52,440 nt of DNA from a virus. Its lineage: Duplodnaviria; Caudoviricetes. Numbering within the stretch: position 1 is the stretch's first letter; every line of letters starts with the position of its first letter. The position numbers and the translations under genes were made by a program. Under the pieces are notes generated by a model. That model was not told the DNA's origin, did not search any database, and saw only the letters and a list, made by a program, of their open reading frames with translations. Positions 25,889 to 34,379 of this stretch are shown in pieces. The stretch covers positions 1-52,440 of the IMG/VR virus record IMGVR_UViG_3300032174_000009; one strand, written 5' to 3'.

Positions 25889-26728
25889 TGACTGAAGTTA
25901 TAGCTTGGGCGTTGGTTGTGTTCTTGGCCATTTGTGTGGCAGCGTTTCATTTTCATCCCATATGCCCCTAATGAGGAGGCGGGAAGTGAGCACCGCGGAT
26001 ATTGCCTGTCTGGGAGTAGCCTCGATTATGGGCATATTGTCGCCTAGGCTCGGCTTTACGATTTTATTCGCTCTTTGGCTCGTTCGCACAAATTCAGCAT
26101 GAGCCAATCAGTATCGCTTGATGATAAGCCAACCATAGAGGGATGGTATGGGCTTGTGTTCGTGGCTGATGATGGAGGCGGGCGTCTGGATATCTGGGCC
26201 GATACGGAATATTGGACTGGTACGAAATGGCGGTACGAGTTTACATGCGGTGGAGAGCGCTCGGTAGAAAGATTTGATACTGAGAGTCAGGCTAAAGCGT
26301 GGGCGAGAGAAGAAGCCGTGAAATTTTGACTGGGCGAGCTTTTGTTTCTCGCGAGGTTGTGATTAACGCGCGCGAGACAATAGTTGAGCTTTAGATTTCA
26401 GGTAAGCGCCCCAATTTGGCCCTACTAGGGCAAAGGTACATATTGAATTTGCTTGTGTTTCTGCGATTTATCTAATAACTCCTACGATATCGCTAGTAAA
26501 ATCGGCAGTAAGGCTTTAGCCTTAAGTGCTTGTTATAATTAGTGATATCACGATTTGTTACCTAAAGCGTTGCAGCCATTTCCTTTATCCTCTATGTGGT
26601 TGATATGGTTGACATTTCGATGCGCGATTTAAGCTCATGATTGATCCGTTGTATCGGCCGTACTCATTCACCATTGGATATGCGATTGGCGTAGCGGTCG
26701 CGATCGTATTTAGCGCGTTGTTCCACTA

Positions 26729-26974
26729 ATGATTACAGATCCGTTTCCCGACTTGCCGCGCCGAGTTCTCTTTGTGGACAAGGTTCGCAGCCCGAATCAA
26801 ATCGGCACTGTTCCAGCGTGGACAGTGAGCGATGTAACGAAACCTGTAACGAAACCTGTAACGAAACCTGTAACGAAACCTCGCGGCGGCCGTCCGGCTA
26901 AGGGCGATAAACCAATGACTGTCGCGCATCGTGTGAGGTTGCATCGCGCGGCTAAGAAGCTTGGAAGGGGTTAA
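26729..26974 (+). CDS. Small basic protein with (VTKP)4 repeat and GRP motif
   Basis: 12-bp unit TGTAACGAAACC repeated four times at 26833-26880; RGGRP AT-hook-like motif. Confidence 0.55.
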   Translation: MITDPFPDLPRRVLFVDKVRSPNQIGTVPAWTVSDVTKPVTKPVTKPVTKPRGGRPAKGDKPMTVAHRVRLHRAAKKLGRG

Positions 26975-26976
26975 AC

Positions 26977-27192
26977 ATGTCCACTCTGCGCACGCCGCTT
27001 CCGCCAAGCATGCTTGACGATCAGCCGTTCAATGAGGTTAGAATAGAACCCAAGCCTGAAGATGTTTGTCTGCAGGATGGCATGCTTGCTTATTTTCAAT
27101 CGCAGATTAAATTTACCGACGCGCATGAGGAAGGCCGGCTCGCGATGGAATATTTCGATTGCCGGGACATGCTGGGGACCGAGAAGAAGTGA
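26977..27192 (+). CDS. Hypothetical protein
   Basis: RBS and ATG. Confidence 0.45.
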   Translation: MSTLRTPLPPSMLDDQPFNEVRIEPKPEDVCLQDGMLAYFQSQIKFTDAHEEGRLAMEYFDCRDMLGTEKK

Positions 27193-27567
27193 TGGAGGGG
27201 TTGGTTTTCTTTTACCGGAAAGAATGACGAATTTTCCCCTGCGGTTGACAGTTATGAGGCCGCTTGCGAAATATTTTGCGATGGCTGGGGCGGATCAATT
27301 CTTTGTGTTGATGTGCCGCGTGCGGAGTATGTCTCTACTCTTGCTGAAGCGCATGAGTTTTTTTGCGTTGGGTTGGGGGCCGAGAAGAAGTGATGTGGTT
27401 CATTCTGTTTCTTGTTGCTATGGGAATATGTTGCTACTTCATGGGCTGGAAGGGCTGATGCTTACTCTCCGCGACGCATGGATTATCGTAGTTTCGGTTG
27501 CTGCTTGGGATGGACTCAAGGTTATGCTGCACGGGATAGGGGTTGTCACGGGGTTGAGGCATGACTA

Positions 27568-28029
27568 ATGCCAACTGACACTGAACGATTGCTCGTTGAG
27601 AACGCTGCGGCTTTTGGTATGACCCAGGCCGACATAGCCGCCCAGCTTAAGATTAGCGAACCTACTCTGCGCAAGCGTTTCCGCAAGGAGCTGAACAGCG
27701 GCAAATTCAAGGTTGCTATGACTGCCGGCAGAACCGTCATTGAGCTTTTGCGTGACCCTGACTCGCGAGTGAGGCTTGACGCGGCTAAATGGTACACTGC
27801 GCGCCGCATGGGATGGAAAGAAACCACTGTTACAGAACAAACCGGCAAGGACGGCGGTCCGATCGAAGTCTCAAACGTGAGCGCAATTGACGTGATTCGT
27901 GAACAAATTGCCAGCGCAACCGAGCGCCTCGAGGACAAAAGCGGCGAAATGGCACTCGGAACTATAGCTGAGTGGGCGAAAATTGGATCTAATAGCCATG
28001 AAAGCGCAGATAAAGGCACTGATTCTTAA
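27568..28029 (+). CDS. terS: Terminase small subunit
   Basis: HTH QADIAAQLKISEPTLRKRFRKEL, TGKDGGPI motif, upstream of terL. Confidence 0.8.
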   Translation: MPTDTERLLVENAAAFGMTQADIAAQLKISEPTLRKRFRKELNSGKFKVAMTAGRTVIELLRDPDSRVRLDAAKWYTARRMGWKETTVTEQTGKDGGPIEVSNVSAIDVIREQIASATERLEDKSGEMALGTIAEWAKIGSNSHESADKGTDS

Positions 28030-28241
28030 GGCAATACAGGAATCCGAACTAGATTGCGGTGCTATCTGGAGTGAGGAAGCTCAAGAAGAGCTTGCGGAAG
28101 AAATCACAAATGCATGGATTAAGGCGCTTGGGAGCGAAGACTGGTGACGTCTATCCTGATGAGGATGATCACTTAGAATTGTATATCTGGCTAGAGGGCG
28201 AGCGGCGCGCCCATTGGATTTACTATTGGGGCGCTTAGCTC

Positions 28242-28538
28242 TTGACATTATCTCTGCTCGAATCGCTGTTTATTGGCGTTAGGCCCATCGTTCATGATGG
28301 GAACCTTGAATGCTGGGAAGCCTATATCGAGCCGAATGGGCATTTTTGCCAAATAGGGTTTTTCTGTACTGCCATTGAGGCGGCGCACGCACATGATTAC
28401 GATGCTACTTTCATCTATGGTCCGGATGCTCGTTTGAATTTCCCACAATCGGAAGCAGTTCGTGACTCTATCTCTGCTAGAATCTCTGACTCGTCTGCCC
28501 GCCGAGCGGCAAGAGGCGATACTCGCTCTTCTGACTGA
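28242..28538 (+). CDS. Stand-alone AP2 DNA-binding domain fused to a copy of the TerL N-terminus
   Basis: GV...WEAYI..NG...IGFF.TAIEAAHAHD...YG..ARLNFP is an AP2 pattern; starts MTLSLLESL like TerL. Confidence 0.7.
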   Translation: MTLSLLESLFIGVRPIVHDGNLECWEAYIEPNGHFCQIGFFCTAIEAAHAHDYDATFIYGPDARLNFPQSEAVRDSISARISDSSARRAARGDTRSSD

Positions 28539-29790
28539 AAACCAAGCTGAGCAGCTCAAGTACGATTGGTCCTTCTATGCTCGACCAAACCAGCTCTTAC
28601 CGCCCGGAGAATGGCTTACATGGCTGTTGCTGGCCGGACGCGGATTCGGTAAGACGAGGGCTGCCGCCGAAGCAGTTCGCCAGCTGGTATGCGGAACAAC
28701 TCCGCTTGAGGGAACCGAATATGGACACATCGCAATCGTTGCCGAAACGGCAGCTGATGCGAGAGACGTCTGCGTTGAGGGTGAAAGCGGAATCCTTTCG
28801 GTCCATCCTAGAGACTTTAGACCACAATATGAGCCTTCTAAGAGACGACTTACTTGGCCGAATGGAGCGAGGGCCACTCTTTTTAACGCGACAGAACCTG
28901 ACCAGCTTAGAGGACCTCAACACTCACTTGCTTGGTGTGATGAGCTCGCTAAATGGCAGTACGCCGAAGCAACATGGGACCAGCTGCAATTCGGACTAAG
29001 ATTAGGAAAACATCCGCGGCAAATAGTCGCTACAACGCCGCGACCTATTGCAATAGTAAAGCGCATACTTGCCGATCCATCAACGGTTACGACGCGCGGT
29101 TCTACTCTGCAGAACAAAGCTAATCTAGCGCCGAGTTTCTTTAGCCAAGTTGTAAAGCGCTATGACGGCACGCGCCTCGGCCGACAGGAGCTGAACGCTG
29201 AGATTCTTGACGATGTGCCGGGCGCACTATGGACGCGTGACACTATCGATATAGCCCGCCGCAAGGTAACTTTTCCGGGAATGCAGCGTGTAGTTGTCGC
29301 GGTCGATCCGAGCGGCGCGAGGAGCATGGATGACGAAGCGGCAGATAGCATTGGCATCGTTGTCGCTGCTCTTGGTGTTGATGGCCGGGGTTATGTTCTG
29401 GCAGACCGAAGTTGCAAGCTATCCCCTGCAGGATGGGCTCGCGTTGCTGTTGATGCTTATCACGAGTTCAGGGCGGACCGGTTGATTGCAGAGCGCAATT
29501 TTGGTGGTGCACTCGTAGAGCACACTATTCGCACCGCGGACCCGAATATCGCATATCGTGAGGTTATCGCCTCGCGTGGAAAGGTTGCGCGTGCCGAGCC
29601 CGTCGCTGCGCTCTACGAACAAGGGCGCGTCTCGCACATCGGCGACTTGGCGGCGCTCGAAGATCAGATGTGCCAGATGTCAAGCACGGGGTTTTTAGGC
29701 GAAGGTTCGCCGGACGCTTGCGACGCGGCCGTGTGGGCATTAACTGACTTGATGGTCGCAGTGTATGCGCCGCAGTTCGTGTTTGCATGA
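28462..29790 (+). CDS. terL: Terminase large subunit
   Basis: Walker A AGRGFGKT, Walker B WCDE, TTP motif and nuclease VAVDP...D. Confidence 0.96.
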   Translation: MTLSLLESLTRLPAERQEAILALLTENQAEQLKYDWSFYARPNQLLPPGEWLTWLLLAGRGFGKTRAAAEAVRQLVCGTTPLEGTEYGHIAIVAETAADARDVCVEGESGILSVHPRDFRPQYEPSKRRLTWPNGARATLFNATEPDQLRGPQHSLAWCDELAKWQYAEATWDQLQFGLRLGKHPRQIVATTPRPIAIVKRILADPSTVTTRGSTLQNKANLAPSFFSQVVKRYDGTRLGRQELNAEILDDVPGALWTRDTIDIARRKVTFPGMQRVVVAVDPSGARSMDDEAADSIGIVVAALGVDGRGYVLADRSCKLSPAGWARVAVDAYHEFRADRLIAERNFGGALVEHTIRTADPNIAYREVIASRGKVARAEPVAALYEQGRVSHIGDLAALEDQMCQMSSTGFLGEGSPDACDAAVWALTDLMVAVYAPQFVFA

Positions 29791-29888
29791 CCCGGTGTTG
29801 ATACAGAGCCCATGATCATTGGCTTGAGTTACGCGTCAGGGGCCAATGAGAGGCCGAGCAGGAGGTTTGATTCCTCCGACCGGGGCCA
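29790..29888 (+). ncRNA. tRNA-like element (pseudo-tRNA or tRNA mimic)
   Basis: CCCGGT/ACCGGG acceptor-like stem, GGAGG-TTTGATT-CCTCC T arm, 3' GCCA, and a long hairpin in place of the anticodon arm. Confidence 0.5.
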
Positions 29889-30283
29889 GTATCGCAGTTC
29901 GTGTTTGCATAAGGGTGAATTTCCATGAGCGTAATCGTGCTTCTTGTCCTATCAGATGTTATTATCGCGGCGGTCGGATATCTGATTGGGCGTCGCTCCA
30001 TTGATGTTAGTGTTATCGGTGATATGATTGAGCGTCACCATCGCGAATCCATGGTTTTACCGACGGAGCCGACGGAGTCGGCTTGATGCGTTGCGCGTCT
30101 TGTCATGGCTATGGTGTTATGATGCGAACAGAAACAGTTCCCTGCCCTGACTGTGCTGGCAGCGGGATTGCGTATTGCTGTGAGGGCGATCGTCACGAGG
30201 GCGGTAGGCGCAATCCCATCGCTAAGGCTGTCAGGCGGTTGAGGCCCAAGGTTGTGCCATCTGGAAAAATTTATTCGCGGAAG

Positions 30284-30364
<81 letters not shown>

Positions 30365-30382
30365 TTATAAGGAGCTATTGAA

Positions 30383-30607
30383 ATGGGAGTTAAGACAACA
30401 CTGGCCGGGTTGACGATTTCGGCCGCGGGCTTGAATCAGGCCGAAATCATGGGTTGCGATATCACCGGCATGCTTGCGGAGTTGCAGTTGCACTGCACGG
30501 AAGTGATTACTCAGCTGACATATCTCAAAAATGATATTCTCACGCCGGGCGGCGGCGATGCTGGCAACATCACGACAATCAACACGCAGATCACGAATTT
30601 AGGCTGA
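30383..30607 (+). CDS. Small hypothetical protein, possibly virion-associated
   Basis: AGGAG RBS; C-terminus resembles that of 39210-39425. Confidence 0.6.
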   Translation: MGVKTTLAGLTISAAGLNQAEIMGCDITGMLAELQLHCTEVITQLTYLKNDILTPGGGDAGNITTINTQITNLG

Positions 30608-31309
30608 TGCGAATTGGCAATCCTTACGATGGGACTTTTATCCCCAACCTTCCCACGACCGTATGGGAACCGCCCTCGAGTATTCCGCAGCCAACTATTC
30701 CGCCGCCTGTTACCATATTCTCGGATGTTATGAGGGCCGATATCGAGGCTCTGCGTAGCGACCTAGCGGAATTGGAGGCTCTATGCAAAGAAATAAAAGA
30801 GCTTTTGATGGAACGGTCTAAGTGACCATGGCGCCCACTGCCCAGCAAATTGTAATGATATTTGACGAGCCTATGGTTGGGTTCCTTCAAGCCGCGGCAA
30901 AACTTCACGGTCTCTCGCTTGGGGACTTTACCATGATGGCCATCCTAGGCGCGACACGGCGCTCCCTGAGCAGTTCCAGTTCTAAGGAGGCATACGACGG
31001 CTTCTTGAAGGTGAGCGAGAATGAGCGGATTCGATTGGCGCTAATTCCGCTTCGAGGCTCTCAATGAGCGTTGCGGCTAGGCGCCGTGCTGGTAAGCGGA
31101 TTGAACTTCGATACCCGGCCGCTCGGCGTGCCGCTCTTGAAAAGGCCGCCCGAAAAGAAGCGGCGAAGGCTATTCCAAGAAAGTCGAAATAACGGCCCTG
31201 TAGTGTGAGCATGCACGGCGCGATAACAGCCTTTGCAGAAGCTAGGTGTCGTCATCACGCAAGCCCGGAGTCGCTAACCGGCGGGGTCGACCCAGAAGAG
31301 GTATGAATA

Positions 31310-31495
31310 ATGAACGCTTTAATAGCCTTGATCGTTCCTATTATTATAGTCGTTGTTGTGGCGCTGATTATTGTATGGGTTGCAGAGCGGTTTTCGCCAG
31401 ATCCTTTGGTTACCAAAATTGTCCATGTGATAGTTTTTGCGTGCGTGATGATTTTCCTAGTAACTAAGCTATTGCCGCTTTTGACGTCAGGTTAG
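31310..31495 (+). CDS. Two-helix membrane protein
   Basis: Two strongly hydrophobic segments. Confidence 0.6.
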   Translation: MNALIALIVPIIIVVVVALIIVWVAERFSPDPLVTKIVHVIVFACVMIFLVTKLLPLLTSG

Positions 31496-31502
31496 ATTTT
31501 TA

Positions 31503-31802
31503 ATGTGTGTGGTATCCGCAATAATTGAAGATTGGACCCAAAAAGGGCCTGGACGTTACCCTGACATCTGGCCGGCTCCGCAGATTGTCTTGCCTCAATC
31601 ACCAATTGTCATTTCAGAGGTGACAAAAGCCGAATTCGAGGCGCTGCGTAAGGAAGTCTTAGAATTGAAAGAACTTCTGAAGGCCGCCAATAAATTCGAC
31701 GCGGCTACCGGACAACCAAATTGTGAACACGAGGAGAAAATTGCTCTCGTTAAGCGCATAGCTGAATTTGTGGGCGTTGAAATTGCGGACGTTATTAAGT
31801 GA
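31503..31802 (+). CDS. Hypothetical protein
   Basis: MCVVSAI...YDAA-like FDAATGQPNCE coiled-coil ORF. Confidence 0.6.
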   Translation: MCVVSAIIEDWTQKGPGRYPDIWPAPQIVLPQSPIVISEVTKAEFEALRKEVLELKELLKAANKFDAATGQPNCEHEEKIALVKRIAEFVGVEIADVIK

Positions 31803-31815
31803 TTGGCTAAGATGA

Positions 31816-33171
31816 ATGGGCGTCCTAGATTTTTTCAAAGGCAAGCGGCCAGGACGCAACCCTAAGCAGCCGCAGCGCGATACGATCGCGTTTCCCAATC
31901 TTGTCCAAATGGGTCAGGTTGGTACGGCGCGCCGCATTGCATATAAGCCCACTCCGAGAAATCTGCGGTGGTTCGGTCAACAGCCTTATACGCGCCGCGC
32001 AATTAATACGATTAAGAACCCGATTGCCTTGCTGGAGTGGGAAATCGTCCCCATGCCAGACATTAAGATGAATTCCGAGCTGGAAAAGCAGGCTGAAATC
32101 GCCGCTTATTGCTTGGATCATCCGAATATCGATGACAGCTTTCGCACCTTCGCCGAGCAGGTCGTTGAAGACATGCTTATGGGTGCCGGCGCGGTTGAGA
32201 TGCAACTGTCGGGCGACGCGAATCGGCCTTTATGGATGTGGCCGGTTGATGGTCTGACGATACAGATTTACCCAGGCTGGGCGGGGAACACAAATGAAGC
32301 GCGTTATATCCAAATCGTTGGATACGGAAACTTTGTCGGAAGTGGAATCGGTCAGCAAGTTCTACTTCGAAATGATGAACTTATTTATATCAGACCCAAC
32401 CCAAGTTCCGCAACGCCATTTGGGCGAGGTCCGGTCGAGATTGCATTTAATACGATATCTAGAATTCTTGGCGTAGGCGAGTTTGCCGGCAACGTTGCGA
32501 CGAATGCGCGTCCATCGATTGCATTGGATTTAGGTTCTGGCGCATCGACAGAAATGCTGAATTCGTTCCGTCAGTATTGGCGGAATGAGGTTGAGGGCCA
32601 AGGCCTAATGCCCATGATGGGCATGACTGAATTCGATAGTATGGGGAAATCGCGCGGCCCGTCTGTGCTGAGGCTTTATCCGGAGGGTGATGATGGGCTG
32701 TATCTCAAATACCAGGAGTTTCTGCACCGAGAATTATGCGCCGCGTTCGATATCAGCCCTCAAAATCTCGGTGTTGAACGAGATCTCAATCGCAACACCT
32801 CTGAGACGGCAGAGGACCGCGACCGAGAGCAGGCCATCAAGCCTATTGCGCATTTGCTGGAATCGCATCTAACGCGCGAAGCAATTCACGCCAAGCTAGG
32901 TTTTTCGCAACTTAGATTCCAATTCGTCGGCATTGAGCAGGAAGACGAAGAGGCGATCGCGAAAACCTATGAGATGGAATACAAAAACAACGCGATAACT
33001 CCGAATGAGTATCGTGAACATCGTGGCATGCCGCCCATGGAAAACGATTGGGGCGACAAGACATTTGCCGATATGGAAATTGCTATCTCTGCAGCTCGCG
33101 GGTCGGCGAAGGTAGATGACCCGGATATAGATGACGGCAAGTCAACTACTAAACCCAAACCTAAAAAATAA
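31816..33171 (+). CDS. Portal protein
   Basis: Size and position; FGRGPVE, ELCAAFDISPQNLG and ITPNEYR motifs. Confidence 0.9.
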   Translation: MGVLDFFKGKRPGRNPKQPQRDTIAFPNLVQMGQVGTARRIAYKPTPRNLRWFGQQPYTRRAINTIKNPIALLEWEIVPMPDIKMNSELEKQAEIAAYCLDHPNIDDSFRTFAEQVVEDMLMGAGAVEMQLSGDANRPLWMWPVDGLTIQIYPGWAGNTNEARYIQIVGYGNFVGSGIGQQVLLRNDELIYIRPNPSSATPFGRGPVEIAFNTISRILGVGEFAGNVATNARPSIALDLGSGASTEMLNSFRQYWRNEVEGQGLMPMMGMTEFDSMGKSRGPSVLRLYPEGDDGLYLKYQEFLHRELCAAFDISPQNLGVERDLNRNTSETAEDRDREQAIKPIAHLLESHLTREAIHAKLGFSQLRFQFVGIEQEDEEAIAKTYEMEYKNNAITPNEYREHRGMPPMENDWGDKTFADMEIAISAARGSAKVDDPDIDDGKSTTKPKPKK

Positions 33172-33191
33172 TTGTTAAGGAGTTTATTTCA

Positions 33192-33674
33192 ATGGCTAAG
33201 TATGAAGTTAATAACCGTCTTGCTGGTACTCAGCAAAACATCAGCACGACCTTCGGCGCGACTTCCGTCGCTGTAGGCATCAATGCGACAACGGCCGCTT
33301 TGTGCCGTGGGAGATTGGTCGAGTTTGCCTTTGGCGCAGATGGTGCTCCAAACGCGTCTGACACGCAGATTATCTATGATGTTTCGCGAATGACGGCCGC
33401 AGGCACTGCGACTGCGGCAACGCCGCTGGCGCAAGATACTCTTAGTGGTGCTTGTCAAACGTCAGCATTTGTGAATTACACCGTGGCCCCGACTGTCACG
33501 GCCGCAAGCTCGTTGAAGACGTTCGCTTTAAACCAGCGCGCGACGCAGAGATGGGTTGCTGGTCCTGATGATAAGCTTTCGTGGCCTGCAACTGCCGCCT
33601 CTGGTCTTGTGTTCCGCGCACTATCTCCGATTTATGCCGCGCCCGTGCTATATCATGTGACGTTTGAGGAATGA
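33192..33674 (+). CDS. Putative virion structural protein
   Basis: AGGAG RBS; Ala/Thr-rich, beta-strand character. Confidence 0.6.
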   Translation: MAKYEVNNRLAGTQQNISTTFGATSVAVGINATTAALCRGRLVEFAFGADGAPNASDTQIIYDVSRMTAAGTATAATPLAQDTLSGACQTSAFVNYTVAPTVTAASSLKTFALNQRATQRWVAGPDDKLSWPATAASGLVFRALSPIYAAPVLYHVTFEE

Positions 33675-33806
33675 TTCGGCGTGGGTGTTATCGCCACTCT
33701 TGTCGTTACCGATATCGTGCTAGTTATAGCCGCATTCTTGCTTGGCGTTTTTACGCTAGTTGAAGTTGCCAAACGATCGGACAGCAATCCCAACCAGGAG
33801 TAATGT

Positions 33807-34064
33807 ATGCGTGGTACGCGTCACGGCGTCCTTATTACGTCAGGGCCAGAAGGTACAAAGGAAGAAGACACTTTCGTATGCGGGCATTGCTGTCGAATCG
33901 TGACTGTGAAGCCTATGTGCGATCCGGCCGAAATGGGCGGGCGCTGCACATGTTGCGACAGTCTAATCTGCAAGCATTGTGTCGGCAAGGGCTGCGATCC
34001 TATCGAAAGGAAGTTGGAACGAATGGAGAGGCGCGCGCGGATGCTTGAGGCCATGCACGCCTAA
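33807..34064 (+). CDS. Small Cys-rich (zinc-finger-like) protein
   Basis: CGHC, CTCC and CKHC. Confidence 0.6.
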   Translation: MRGTRHGVLITSGPEGTKEEDTFVCGHCCRIVTVKPMCDPAEMGGRCTCCDSLICKHCVGKGCDPIERKLERMERRARMLEAMHA

Positions 34065-34073
34065 GGGGCAACG

Positions 34074-34367
34074 ATGCAAGACACGTTCATTACCATGGGG
34101 CCGCTTACTAAAGGAAAGTTCGGCGGCACATACCAGGTAAGCGCGTCTGTGATCGGCGCTAGGGCCCTTGGGGCATCCGTGCCGGTATGGTCCGCAAAAG
34201 GCGCTATAGCTACGGTTCCAACCGATGCGGCGGGCGTCAATGCGACTATGTTAGTTCCAGCTACCGCAATCGGTGGCACTCATTTTCAATTGACCGTTAC
34301 TGCGACATTGCCTGGTAGCCCACCCATCATCGTGAGCGAATCACAATCGATTGACTTAACTCCCTAA
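34074..34367 (+). CDS. Ig-like small structural protein
   Basis: Beta-rich composition with a W-S motif. Confidence 0.5.
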   Translation: MQDTFITMGPLTKGKFGGTYQVSASVIGARALGASVPVWSAKGAIATVPTDAAGVNATMLVPATAIGGTHFQLTVTATLPGSPPIIVSESQSIDLTP

Positions 34368-34379
34368 AGGTAGCCTAAT

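Noticed and set aside
26330-26720. cos or pac site upstream of terS
   Set aside because: AT-rich and largely non-coding, but no recognisable cohesive-end or repeat signature; read-terminus data would be needed
26833-26880. 12-bp tandem repeat as replication iterons
   Set aside because: It is in frame as (VTKP)4 inside a plausible ORF and far from the replication genes
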